Source: Nitrospirales bacterium
GTDB lineage: Bacteria; Nitrospirota; Nitrospiria; Nitrospirales; UBA8639
DNA: 64,000 nt
Direction of reading: 5' to 3'
Assembly (NCBI GenBank): GCA_963555755.3
Contig: OY820905.2
Coordinates: forward strand, 3,328,001 to 3,392,000
Below are positions 1-9,896 of the stretch, piece after piece. Numbering within the stretch: the stretch's first letter is position 1; each line of letters opens with the position of its first letter. Under the pieces are notes generated by a model. That model did no database searches. It saw only the letters and a program-made list of their open reading frames with translations, and was not told the origin of the DNA. A program made the translations under genes and the position numbers.

Positions 1-2
1 GG

Positions 3-1910
3 TTGTCCAAAGAGGGGGCACGGGTGTCGTCGTTTCGTGAGGCGCCACCGCGCATTCGAAAATTTTTGGATCAACTCACGACGTATTTGGGACTGATCGG
101 CCTGACCGCGTTGTTCGTGGGTGGAATTGGTATTGCCTGTACGATTCATGGGTTCATGAAACAAAAGATGACGACGGTGGCAATCCTCAAAACATTAGGT
201 GCGGATTCCGGACTCATCATGCGCGTGTACATTGGACAGAGCATGGTTATGGGATGTGTGGGGAGCCTCACCGGGGCAATATTGGGTATGGGAGTACAAA
301 TGGCAATTCCCTTATTACTTGGTGGACTTATTTCTGTCCCGTTCCCCACGACCGTCACGCTCTTGCCATTAGTCAAAGGCTTCATCCTAGGCGTGGCCAC
401 GACACTCTTCTTTACCCTGTGGCCTTTGTTAACTATCCGAACAATTCCCCCGGCAATCGTGTTCCGGCGAGAAGTGGATCAGGGTTTTGCTCCGACTCAA
501 CAAGCTTCTTTTTGGACAACACTATGGGTGCCGCTATTGAAATTCTGGAAAGACAAACAGCGACTCTTCACCAGTCTGATCATTGGGGTGGGACTCATGC
601 TACTCGCCATGTGGCAAGCACGTTCCGTCTCGTTGGGGTTCGTGTTTATCCTTGCCTTTGCCGCAGCGTTAGTCATTCTTCAGTTTGGAGTATGGCTCCT
701 GCTCAAGGGTTTACGAAAATTGCCGCGGCCTCGATCGTTGGTCGTTCGGCAAGCATTCGGCAACGTACAACGCCCAGGGAATTACACCACGGGCATGGCC
801 GTATCCATCGGCATCGGCGTGATGGTCATTGTGACGGTGGCATTGGTCAAAGCATCCTTACTAGCCGCGATCGGGGATCGCATTCCCGAAGATGCCCCGA
901 CGTTTTTCTTTATTGATATCCAGCCTGATCAAAAGGGCCAGTTTGAACAAATCATTCACACGCACACGCCAACCGCGACCTATACACTCACTCCTGTGGT
1001 TCGTTCACGAATTGGAGCAATTGATGGAAAAGCCATCAATCCGGAGGAGCACAAGGGCAAGCGCAATGGGTGGTATTTCACTCGTGAATATGTGCTGACT
1101 GAGTTATCTGATCTTCCCAGGGATAACACAGTAGTGAAAGGTGAATGGTGGCCAACCAACCAACAACCCGACGTTCAGACCAACTCAGACCGTGCGGCCA
1201 TTCGCCTGTCCGTGGAAAATGAGGCAGCAAAAAAACTCGGCCTGGGTTTGGGCACGACAATAGAATTTGATATTCAAGGAGCCCCCCTGCCGGCTGTGGT
1301 GGAAAGTACACGGAAGGTGGATTGGGGCAGTTTTTCCACTAACTTTTTTATGATTCTCTCGCCCGGCTCGTTGGAAGGCGCGCCACTGACCTATATCTCC
1401 ACAGCCAAGGTCAACCCTGACGAGGAAATACCTCTCCAACAGGCCCTTGTTGGAGCGTTGCCCAATGTGACAGCCATAAAGATTGGGGATGTGCTGGCCA
1501 ACGTAGCACGCTTGCTGGAGCAATTAGCCTGGGCCATTCAAGGCATGGCCTTCTTTAGCCTCATCAGCGGGGCAGTCGTGATGGTCGCAGCCTTATCTTC
1601 GACGCGGTACCGCCGGTTGTATGAATCCGCCATTCTCAAAGCTATTGGCGGAACACGGCAACTGATTGTGCAATCCTTCGCCATCGAATTTGCAATAGTT
1701 GGTTGCCTAGCCGGCCTGATCGGAGTGGGCCTTGCCAGTGTACTGTCCTGGGCCATCCTGCATTTTTTCATGGATTTGTCTTGGGCATTTCAACCAACGG
1801 TTCTCGGCTGGAGCCTCTTGGCCACGATTACTTTAGCCGTGATCGTCGGTTTTCTCAGCACCTTCCGGGTTTTGGGTGAGGCGCCGTTAGCCGTGTTGAG
1901 ACAGGAATAA
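3..1910 (+). CDS. ABC transporter permease, FtsX/YbbP-like (5'-truncated by window edge)
   Basis: Two FtsX-like TM blocks (AILKTLGA / AILKAIGG); PEDAPTFFFIDIQPDQ and RKVDWGSFSTNFF motifs typical of YbbP. Confidence 0.85.
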   Translation: MSKEGARVSSFREAPPRIRKFLDQLTTYLGLIGLTALFVGGIGIACTIHGFMKQKMTTVAILKTLGADSGLIMRVYIGQSMVMGCVGSLTGAILGMGVQMAIPLLLGGLISVPFPTTVTLLPLVKGFILGVATTLFFTLWPLLTIRTIPPAIVFRREVDQGFAPTQQASFWTTLWVPLLKFWKDKQRLFTSLIIGVGLMLLAMWQARSVSLGFVFILAFAAALVILQFGVWLLLKGLRKLPRPRSLVVRQAFGNVQRPGNYTTGMAVSIGIGVMVIVTVALVKASLLAAIGDRIPEDAPTFFFIDIQPDQKGQFEQIIHTHTPTATYTLTPVVRSRIGAIDGKAINPEEHKGKRNGWYFTREYVLTELSDLPRDNTVVKGEWWPTNQQPDVQTNSDRAAIRLSVENEAAKKLGLGLGTTIEFDIQGAPLPAVVESTRKVDWGSFSTNFFMILSPGSLEGAPLTYISTAKVNPDEEIPLQQALVGALPNVTAIKIGDVLANVARLLEQLAWAIQGMAFFSLISGAVVMVAALSSTRYRRLYESAILKAIGGTRQLIVQSFAIEFAIVGCLAGLIGVGLASVLSWAILHFFMDLSWAFQPTVLGWSLLATITLAVIVGFLSTFRVLGEAPLAVLRQE

Positions 1911-1994
1911 CTACCCACCGCCTCACGTCTCGCAACCCCGGTGACAAGCCTCCAGTTGGATCATCCAAGTTTTCAGGTCCGTTTTTTGACTTAT

Positions 1995-2135
1995 GGGCAC
2001 CTCTAAAAACCGTCCTTTTCCGTGATGGCGGCGTCAGCCGCGTGCTCACATCCTCATGTATTCGCCCATACACTCCGGTTTTCCGCGCGCGGCTTCCTTG
2101 CCCTCACAAAAAATGCCTGGTTTTTAGAGGTGCCC
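1995..2135. mobile_element. MITE-like palindromic element, family A (141 bp)
   Basis: 16-bp TIR GGGCACCTCTAAAAAC/GTTTTTAGAGGTGCCC, flanked by TTAT on both sides; near-identical inverted copy at 26651-26792. Confidence 0.85.
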
Positions 2136-2603
2136 TTATATCGTTGTTAAGTAAGAGGCCACCAGCAGGACTGCCAAAGTCATAAGGATGATGGCTTTTT
2201 GCAGATTATCGGCTCGGGACGAAGGTGCTGGGGAAGAGGGATTTGGGGTTTTCTTTAACGACGGCGCATGGGGATCGATAATGAAGTCGTGGATGAGGAT
2301 AAGTCCAAAGGCAATGACAAACAGAAATATTTTGAGCATCAAGACCACACCCCAGGTAGTTTCTATTCGAGCGGATCCGCTTTCGTTCAGCATTTGATAC
2401 GAGCCCGTCAAGATCAACGTGATTAAACAAACCCACGCGATGGTTCGGAAGCGACGGCCTGCTAATCGCACCACTTCTTTGGACTTTTGGTCCGATTGGT
2501 CCTGTTGTGCTGCAGGATTGAGGACAAACTGGGAGAAGACCAAACCACCCATAAGGGTCACTGCGGCGATCAGATGAATCCAGGTGATGAGATAATCAGG
2601 CAT
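2136..2603 (-). CDS. CopD/DUF4149-like membrane protein
   Basis: WIHLIAAVTLMGG, four TM helices, 'WGVVLMLKIFL' and 'IHDF' motifs. Confidence 0.7.
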   Translation of the reverse strand: MPDYLITWIHLIAAVTLMGGLVFSQFVLNPAAQQDQSDQKSKEVVRLAGRRFRTIAWVCLITLILTGSYQMLNESGSARIETTWGVVLMLKIFLFVIAFGLILIHDFIIDPHAPSLKKTPNPSSPAPSSRADNLQKAIILMTLAVLLVASYLTTI

Positions 2604-2915
2604 GTTGGTACGACTCGATGTTGGGCTCTTTTTCTGTAAAAGCCGACGTTATCGTATAGATTTGGGGTTAGTCAAAACACTAGTCCAGATTATACGTAAC
2701 AAGGCTGTTCTCTTTCGTGCGAAATCAACTGAGAGAAATAATGCAGGACGTTAATACGAAAATCGAAGGGAGGGCCAACTGGGTTCTGACCTTACCCAGA
2801 TGGGGCAGGTTCCGATTGAGGAGCGAAAAATAACCCGGCGTCGGATGGGAATTGATTCGGTGATTCTCTGGCAGCCAGAATGCTCAGGAAAGGAAAAGGT
2901 TTCCCTTCCTCGAGC

Positions 2916-3341
2916 TTATCGCTTCATTTCAATAGTGCCGTTAAAGATCACCCCTTCTTCAATGGACAATTGTGGGCTGTTCAGTGATCCGTCCATGTTG
3001 GCGTTTGACAGCAACAGTATTTTTTCCTTGGCGACGATATCGCCGGTGATCTTGCCTTTGCTGATCACGGAACCTGCACTAATCTTCGCGGTAATGACGG
3101 CGTCTTTCCCAACGAGGAGCGTGCCTTCGGTGTGTAACTCGCCTTCTAACCGGCCATCAATTCGTACGCTACCCTTGTAGATGATGGTCCCTTTGAATTC
3201 GACGCCCTGGCCAATGAAGGCGACAATTTTTTCTGTACCAAAGCCAGAGTCATCCGAGCCGTGATCACCTGGAAAGTCAGAAGAGAGGTCGGTTGGGGGA
3301 GTGTACAGGGTTTGGGGTTCTTCCAATTCAACAGCAGACAT
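2916..3341 (-). CDS. Bactofilin / polymer-forming cytoskeletal protein (CcmA family)
   Basis: FIGQGVEFKGTI...VRIDGRLEGEL...IEEGVIFNG beta-helix pattern; AGGAGG RBS upstream. Confidence 0.9.
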   Translation of the reverse strand: MSAVELEEPQTLYTPPTDLSSDFPGDHGSDDSGFGTEKIVAFIGQGVEFKGTIIYKGSVRIDGRLEGELHTEGTLLVGKDAVITAKISAGSVISKGKITGDIVAKEKILLLSNANMDGSLNSPQLSIEEGVIFNGTIEMKR

Positions 3342-3536
3342 GTGAGATCCTCCTTATGGCTGGGAACGGCCTTTGGCTTGAAGTGTTGGAATATTTTCGA
3401 ATGTCTTTAAGATTATCGGTTGTTTTTGAATTTTCTTTATCCTTTTTTTCCGTTATCGTTGATTTCAACGCCTTCCCCTTATCCCCTTAGTCCCAAAAAT
3501 CGCCGAATTAAGGGTTCGCGTAAGAATAACATCCCA

Positions 3537-4543
3537 TATGCCTTCCCATTTGACTAAGGTTAGTCCCTAGACTAGTCTGCTGGACTATGGACACAGGGTA
3601 TGCTGCTGATATCTTGGATTTTTCTGTTAGGTTCCACACCGAAGAAGCGTGCTTCGAGTACTTGCGGGCGATTCGGTGGCCAGACGGGTTTATGTGTCCA
3701 GCTTGCGGTCATCGCGGTGGTTGGTGGCTCAAAAAATATTTCCGGTTTGAGTGTTCGTCGTGTCATAGACAGACATCACCGCTAAGCGGCACAGTGATGC
3801 ATAGATCGCACTTGCCGCTACGGCTTTGGTTTTGGGCTGCCTATTTCGTCTCCACGCACACACCTGGCATCAGTGCTGTGCAATTGCAGCGTCAACTCAG
3901 TATCAAGAAGGTGGATAGCGCCTGGTATTTGCTCCACAGATTGCGACGAGGAATGGTACGACAGAACCGTGAACGGCTCGCAGGAACAGTTGAAGCCGAT
4001 GAAACCCATATCGGTGGACCGGTAAAAGGCAAAACGGGCCGTGGCGTCGCGAAAGCGAAAACCAAGACGTTAATAGCCGGAGCCGTAGAAATTGTCACGT
4101 ACACACAAGGGGATCACTTTCGAGAGAAAGCAGGGCGTTTACGATTAGCGATTCTTCAAGACGCTGGAGAGAACGAGATCAAAGCATTCCTCAATAGCCA
4201 TGTCGCTGAGGGCAGTAAGATCAAGTCCGATGGTTGGAAGGGATACTCGGCAAAAGCCTTGGCAGGATACGAACACCTGAGACGGACCCAGGGTGACCCA
4301 GCAAGTGCTGGGAAGCACGCTCCACACATCCATAGAGCGTTCGGCAATCTGCAGACCTGGCGGGAACGGGATTCACCATGGAGTGGATTGAATACCTGCG
4401 AACCGTCTTGATGAGTTTATCTTTCGCTATAACCGCCGTGAGACTCCAATGTTTTCCAGAGTTTGTTGAAAATCCTGACCAGCAGCTCAAAACCCTTGGG
4501 ATTCAATAAACTGAAGCAACCTTAGTTAAATGCGTAAGGCATA
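3537..4543 (+). mobile_element. IS1595-family element, copy 1 (3' end degraded)
   Basis: TIR TATGCCTTCCCATTTGACTAAGG with a corrupted right TIR; flanked by ACATCCCA at 3529-3536 and 4544-4551. Confidence 0.9.
3587..4411 (+). pseudogene. IS1595 transposase, frameshifted near 4360
   Basis: Matches copy 2 up to ...GNLQTW, then frameshifts and loses the YLDEF motif. Confidence 0.85.
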
Positions 4544-4551
4544 ACATCCCA

Positions 4552-5563
4552 TATGCCTTCCCATTTGACTAAGGTTAGTCCCTAGACTAGTCTGCTGGAC
4601 TATGGACACAGGGTATGCTGCTGATATCTTGGATTTTTCTGTTAGGTTCCACACCGAAGAAGCGTGCTTCGAGTACTTGCGGGCGATTCGGTGGCCAGAC
4701 GGGTTTATGTGTCCAGCTTGCGGTCATCGCGGTGGTTGGTGGCTCAAAAAATATTTCCGGTTTGAGTGTTCGTCGTGTCATAGACAGACATCACCGCTAA
4801 GCGGCACAGTGATGCATAGATCGCACTTGCCGCTACGGCTTTGGTTTTGGGCTGCCTATTTCGTCTCCACGCACACACCTGGCATCAGTGCTGTGCAATT
4901 GCAGCGTCAACTCAGTATCAAGAAGGTGGATAGCGCCTGGTATTTGCTCCACAGATTGCGACGAGGAATGGTACGACAGAACCGTGAACGGCTCGCAGGA
5001 ACAGTTGAAGCCGATGAAACCCATATCGGTGGACCGGTAAAAGGCAAAACGGGCCGTGGCGTCGCGAAAGCGAAAACCAAGACGTTAATAGCCGGAGCCG
5101 TAGAAATTGTCACGTACACACAAGGGGATCACTTTCGAGAGAAAGCAGGGCGTTTACGATTAGCGATTCTTCAAGACGCTGGAGAGAACGAGATCAAAGC
5201 ATTCCTCAATAGCCATGTCGCTGAGGGCAGTAAGATCAAGTCCGATGGTTGGAAGGGATACTCGGCAAAAGCCTTGGCAGGATACGAACACCTGAGACGG
5301 ACCCAGGGTGACCCAGCAAGTGCTGGGAAGCACGCTCCACACATCCATAGAGCGTTCGGCAATCTGCAGACCTGGCTGAACGGGATTCACCATGGAGTGG
5401 ATTCAAAATACCTGCAACACTATCTTGATGAGTTTGTCTTTCGCTATAACCGCCGTGAGACTCCAATGAGTACCTTCCAGAGTTTGTTGAAAATCCTGAC
5501 CAGCAGCTCAAAACCCTTGGGATTCAATAAACTGAAGCAACCTTAGTTAAATGGGAAGGCATA
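4552..5563 (+). mobile_element. IS1595-family element, copy 2 (intact, 1012 bp)
   Basis: 23-bp TIRs with one mismatch; 8-bp direct repeat ACATCCCA at 4544-4551 and 5564-5571. Confidence 0.92.
4602..5546 (+). CDS. IS1595-family DDE transposase
   Basis: Zn ribbon CPAC...CSSC, VEADET, SDGWKGY and HGVDSKYLQHYLDEFVFRYNRR; stop codon lies within the right TIR. Confidence 0.95.
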   Translation: MDTGYAADILDFSVRFHTEEACFEYLRAIRWPDGFMCPACGHRGGWWLKKYFRFECSSCHRQTSPLSGTVMHRSHLPLRLWFWAAYFVSTHTPGISAVQLQRQLSIKKVDSAWYLLHRLRRGMVRQNRERLAGTVEADETHIGGPVKGKTGRGVAKAKTKTLIAGAVEIVTYTQGDHFREKAGRLRLAILQDAGENEIKAFLNSHVAEGSKIKSDGWKGYSAKALAGYEHLRRTQGDPASAGKHAPHIHRAFGNLQTWLNGIHHGVDSKYLQHYLDEFVFRYNRRETPMSTFQSLLKILTSSSKPLGFNKLKQP

Positions 5564-5721
5564 ACATCCCATTTTGGGGTGCTGAGACACCCGTCTGGCA
5601 AGGCGCGAGGACTTCGCATACCCTTGGTATGAAAAGGACGAGCAACGCCGCCAGACGGGATGGATCGACGCCCAAAGATTGGATGCGAGATGTCCAAGTT
5701 ATTTTCTCTCAGGTCCTAAGG

Positions 5722-6294
5722 TCAAAACTCCACTTTGGGTGCGGTTTTCGCCTCTTCTCCGATCTCAAAATACTCCGCTTTTTCGACACGAGCCAATCCC
5801 GCATACAAGCTGCCCAGGAGTTTTCGGGTAAAGGTATTGAGCACTCGAACCGTATCGTTGTATCGCTTCCGTTCCACGGCCAGACGGTTTTCCGTACCTT
5901 CCAGTTGATCTTGAAGTTTCAAGAACGATTTGTCCGATTTTAACTCTGGGTAGGTTTCACGCAATACCAAGAGGCGAGACAGAGCTGATTCAAATCCACC
6001 TGCGGCTCGTGCCTTTTCATTGACGGTAGTGGCCTGAAAATAGGACTTACGCGCTTCGGCTACCCCGAGGAAAATCTTTTCCTCTTGCCCGGCTATGCCC
6101 TTTACCGTCTGAACGAGATTCGGAATCAACTCAAATCGACGTTGCAGCTGGTTTTCCACCTGTGCCCATTGGCTTTTGACACCTTCGTCGAGCATAATCG
6201 CTTGATTATAGCCATTATACACAGCGCATCCGCCCATCAATCCCAAGATAAGGATTACACCAAAGACGATTAATAATATGCGTCCTGCACTCAC
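5722..6294 (-). CDS. lemA: LemA family protein
   Basis: WAQVENQLQRRFELIPNLV, YPELKSD, LEGTENRLAVERKRYN. Confidence 0.95.
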   Translation of the reverse strand: MSAGRILLIVFGVILILGLMGGCAVYNGYNQAIMLDEGVKSQWAQVENQLQRRFELIPNLVQTVKGIAGQEEKIFLGVAEARKSYFQATTVNEKARAAGGFESALSRLLVLRETYPELKSDKSFLKLQDQLEGTENRLAVERKRYNDTVRVLNTFTRKLLGSLYAGLARVEKAEYFEIGEEAKTAPKVEF

Positions 6295-6386
6295 AGATTA
6301 GCCTCCTTTATCTCCTCTTCATCTTACTGACCAACGGCCTACAGTAAATGGAAAATTCATTGGAGCTAGGTTTCGCGTATCACCTT

Positions 6387-7220
6387 TTACCAACTGGCCC
6401 CGCCACCGCCACCGCCAAAACCACCGCCACCACCAAACGATCCTCCGCCGAAGCCGCCACCGAAGCCGCCACCAAACCCGCCCATATGCGTTCTTCGGCC
6501 CATAAGCCCTCCCATCGCTGAACCGAGAAGCATGCCTCCAACGAGGCCCCCGGCTCCGCCACCCCAATTCGAATAATACCGACGCCGGCGCCGCATGTTG
6601 GAAAATAACATGAAGAGGAAAAACAGCGGGACCATCAGGGATCCCAATAAAGATCCCCCGCCTCCACTTCTTCTGGCATTTGGCTGATATCGATAATTAG
6701 GGATGCCCGTGAGTTTCACTTGTTGGGCATCGGCCACTTGATTGGCTGTAATGACCGCTAATTGAAAAATGCCTTCCGAATACTTTCCTTGTTTAAAAAA
6801 CTGTGAGGCCACCGCACGAGAAACCGAACCGGCCCACGAGTCCGGTAGTGCGCCTTCCAGCCCATAACCGGTATGAATACGGACCTTTCGCTCTTTGATG
6901 GCTAACGCGATGAGCGCACCATTGTCCTTTCCCTTCTTCCCAAGCTTCCAGGATTCTGCATGGCGCTGCACAAACCCAAAAAAATCTTCGCCGTCGATGG
7001 TTGGCACGGTAAGCACTTTGACTTGAGCCGAGGTCTTTTGCTCAAGCTCACGAAGCCAGCCTTCTAATTGGCGTTCGGTGGAGGGATCAATGATTCCCGC
7101 GGTATCGACGACAAAGGTGCCAGGGTCTGGAATAGAGACCTCAGCCCATCCAGCGCTAGACGGGAGGAGAAAAAGAAACAAGATTGTGGCGAGCAGTGTT
7201 CGCAAGGAAAGGATTACCAT
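6387..7220 (-). CDS. TPM domain protein (YgcG-like) with Gly-rich tail
   Basis: VVDTAGII, WKLGKKGKDNG, IHTGYGLEGALPD, GGGGAGASW-type end. Confidence 0.92.
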   Translation of the reverse strand: MVILSLRTLLATILFLFLLPSSAGWAEVSIPDPGTFVVDTAGIIDPSTERQLEGWLRELEQKTSAQVKVLTVPTIDGEDFFGFVQRHAESWKLGKKGKDNGALIALAIKERKVRIHTGYGLEGALPDSWAGSVSRAVASQFFKQGKYSEGIFQLAVITANQVADAQQVKLTGIPNYRYQPNARRSGGGGSLLGSLMVPLFFLFMLFSNMRRRRRYYSNWGGGAGGLVGGMLLGSAMGGLMGRRTHMGGFGGGFGGGFGGGSFGGGGGFGGGGGGASW

Positions 7221-7939
7221 TTGTCCGCAAGGGTCTTGAGCCCGTCGATTTCTTCGTACAATCTCATGAAGTCTTCCCAGCCATGTTGCCGCAGATCTTG
7301 AAGCGTCCCACGAATTGCTGGCAACGACCGCTCGGTTTCCTGTTCAATGTGCCCCACCACCTGAATTGCGTCGAGATAGTCCTTCTGATCATGCAGCCAC
7401 AACAGGCCGCGCAAGGTGCGCATGAGGCGTTCAGCAATATCCGACTCCATGGTCCCAAACATTTTCTCACGCCCAGCCGCAGCTAGGAGACCTTGTCGCA
7501 TTGCAATAAGAATGGTTTTGAGTTCCCGCTCACATTGCAGACGAATATGACTTGCGTCAAAGGACAAGTCCGAAAAATGGTCAGGGCCAGCCAGACACAG
7601 GTGGCATTGCTGAATTTCAAGAAATTCCAAAGGAAAGGTGTCAAGCGATCCTTCAATATAAACAGGCGTCATGATCAGGGGAGCGGCAATTTTCGCTTTT
7701 CCAAGCTTCACCCCATCCTTGGCTAACTCTCGGAGCATGGGTAAATCAATGTTGTTGAGGATCACCACGCTTTTGGCAAGTTGTTTCCTAGGATCGAAAG
7801 CTGGGGTCGCGATTGCCCCAAAGCTTGTGATGGCCAGACAATTCGAGCCCGCCAATTCTTGAACACGGAGTACAAACCTTTTCACCGGCTCCTGCATTCC
7901 ACTCGTCAGTTGATCGATATTCACTATGCCTTCAGTCAT
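7214..7939 (-). CDS. Conserved nucleotidyltransferase-fold-like protein in LemA/TPM operon
   Basis: PLIMTPVYI..SLDTFPLEFLEI, IRLQCERELK; ATG 7939 with GGAG RBS; overlaps TPM start. Confidence 0.6.
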   Translation of the reverse strand: MTEGIVNIDQLTSGMQEPVKRFVLRVQELAGSNCLAITSFGAIATPAFDPRKQLAKSVVILNNIDLPMLRELAKDGVKLGKAKIAAPLIMTPVYIEGSLDTFPLEFLEIQQCHLCLAGPDHFSDLSFDASHIRLQCERELKTILIAMRQGLLAAAGREKMFGTMESDIAERLMRTLRGLLWLHDQKDYLDAIQVVGHIEQETERSLPAIRGTLQDLRQHGWEDFMRLYEEIDGLKTLADKW

Positions 7940-8146
7940 TCGTTTACTCCATGTTGTACAGGGTCGATCAAGGCTCAATGGCCTTAATCGTTTGGGTAGG
8001 GTGGCATTTCAATCAGGGTAACGCACAAGGGGTGGCCTGGCAAGCACATTCAGGAGCAACGACAGGTGGAAGATGTCCCTCGACCTCAAAAGAAAAGGAT
8101 GAGGGTAGTGTCTTGAAATGAAAGGGAAGAATATTCGCAGCCTATC

Positions 8147-8965
8147 TTAGGGGACCGCATACACCATGCGCCGAACGGTATGGCCTTTATCTTTCAATAG
8201 TTTCACTAAACCGTCTTCACCGACCAGATGACCAACTCCAACGATTACCAAATAGTTTTCGTCTTTCCCAATATAGGATTCGATTTGCGGCATCCACTTC
8301 TGGTTCCGATCATAGTACACGGTTTTATAGATCTCAGGGGAAGCCTTTTCTTCTTCAATTATCCGTCCTAACTTGTCCTCATCCCCTCTGTGCCACGCGT
8401 CGACAAGCTGATTTAATCTTTGGTAGGCCCGCTTGGCATCCTGACGATTCTGTCCTGCCATGACTTTTTGGCTTTTCAGAATAATGTTGTCTAACACGCT
8501 CATCTGGTATTCCACACTCTCGAGCCCGAGAATCCGTTTTCCGGCGGTTTTGGCTTTCCAGTAGAAATGCTGGTCAACGCCAAACTTCCCCGCGAAATCC
8601 AACTTCATCATCAGGGCATTCTGAGACGTTCGGTTTATCGCAAAGGTTCGTTTTCGTTTGAGGAGTTTTGATTTTTTTCCTGACAGCACCTGGTTCAAGT
8701 CAACCTCGAACACAATGTTGGGCGAATCATAATAGGCATAATAAAATGCGCGGGTGAGGGGATAATACGCGGAGTTCAAAGCATGAATGGAGCCTAGTAA
8801 ATAGACGGTATTCGTTTCCGTTTTGATTTTCCAAATCGGTCCGTTGTTATATCCTTTCCCCATCTGATGGGCCTCAGCCGGTATGGCCAAACATAGTGAG
8901 AGAAGGCCGAGACACAAGAAACTGGACCCCAATCGAGACATTAAAATCATGTTGCTACCCCTCAA
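8147..8965 (-). CDS. TraB/GumN family protein
   Basis: Signal peptide, VYLLGSIH, GVD, GLESVEYQ, RNQKWM, IVGVGHLVG. Confidence 0.85.
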   Translation of the reverse strand: MRGSNMILMSRLGSSFLCLGLLSLCLAIPAEAHQMGKGYNNGPIWKIKTETNTVYLLGSIHALNSAYYPLTRAFYYAYYDSPNIVFEVDLNQVLSGKKSKLLKRKRTFAINRTSQNALMMKLDFAGKFGVDQHFYWKAKTAGKRILGLESVEYQMSVLDNIILKSQKVMAGQNRQDAKRAYQRLNQLVDAWHRGDEDKLGRIIEEEKASPEIYKTVYYDRNQKWMPQIESYIGKDENYLVIVGVGHLVGEDGLVKLLKDKGHTVRRMVYAVP

Positions 8966-9130
8966 TGGATCATCGTCATTTGTTAGGAGAACGATTGAGA
9001 TTTCATCCTTCTTCTATCCTCGGTTGATTCCATACTCTATTGAGTGTTCCCTCTACTTTTCATTGTAGGCAGTCGTTGTTCGTTACTGGAGCCTTAGTCT
9101 TGTTTCCCCTCGATGCTCTGTTTTGAGACA

Positions 9131-9367
9131 GGGAATGTTGAAAAAATCCGCCAGCGGCGTTCTCGCCCTTTTGCCGTGCTCACGTACTATGAGTACGCTC
9201 CGCGCGTCAAAATGGCTGCGGCCTTTCCTTCGACTCTGCTCAGGACAGGACTGGATAGACCCTTCGGAAAGACTCAGGGCATGCTTTTTTGAACATTCCC
9301 TCCCTCTGACGATGTGTGGCTTATCTGAAGCGTGTATTGGCTATTGATGTAATTATTCAACAGCGCC
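9131..9367. mobile_element. MITE-like element, family B, with two inserted REP-like hairpins
   Basis: GGGAATGTTGAAAA...TTTTGAACATTCCC plus an extension ending TTCAACAGCGCC; homologous to 23845, 34994, 36645. Confidence 0.85.
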
Positions 9368-9506
9368 AGATCTTAAGAGTGGTCAGATTCATTCTCAGGT
9401 AACAGACATTGTTGAACAGGTATTGCATACGAAGAGGGGAGCTCCTAGAATGTTGGCCGGGGTTGAAAATAAGAGCTTCATATTCATTGCTTCAGAGAGG
9501 GATGCT

Positions 9507-9896
9507 ATGGCCACAGTAGGACAATTGATGACGAGCAATCTCAGCACCATTCCTGAAGACACTACAATTAAACAGGCCGCTGGCCATATGCATACCCAGC
9601 ACATTGGCAGCCTGTTGGTGAAAAAAGGCGAGGAATTTTCCGGGATTATCACGGAGACGGATGTGGTGCGGGCCGTGGCAGAGGAAGAAAATGTGTCTGG
9701 AATTTCAGTGGCCCAAGTAATGTCAAGCCCGATCTTAACCGTAGAGAAAAAACTGTCTCCTCACTATGCGCGTGACTTGATGGCTGATAAACGGATTCGG
9801 CACTTGGCGGTAACCGAGGAAGGGAAGATTGTAGGGATTATTTCAGCACGCGATCTGCTGGCCTATTTCAAGACCGTTTCGAAAGAAGTTGGCTAA
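9507..9896 (+). CDS. CBS domain protein
   Basis: Tandem CBS pair (GIITETDVVR; RIRHLAV...GIISARDLL); ATG 9507 after GAGAGG. Confidence 0.9.
   Translation: MATVGQLMTSNLSTIPEDTTIKQAAGHMHTQHIGSLLVKKGEEFSGIITETDVVRAVAEEENVSGISVAQVMSSPILTVEKKLSPHYARDLMADKRIRHLAVTEEGKIVGIISARDLLAYFKTVSKEVG

Larger units (their letters stand above)
3512..5716. mobile_element. MITE-like element (family C left end, family D right end) split by the IS1595 dimer
   Basis: Left arm GGGTTCGCGTAAGAATAAC matches 24226 and 22362; body 5572-5680 matches the 24226 element; right end TTATTTTCTCTCAGGTCC matches the 32499-32677 element. Confidence 0.75.

Noticed and set aside
6390..6480. CCGCCACC-type repeats
   Set aside because: They encode the normal Gly-rich tail of TPM proteins
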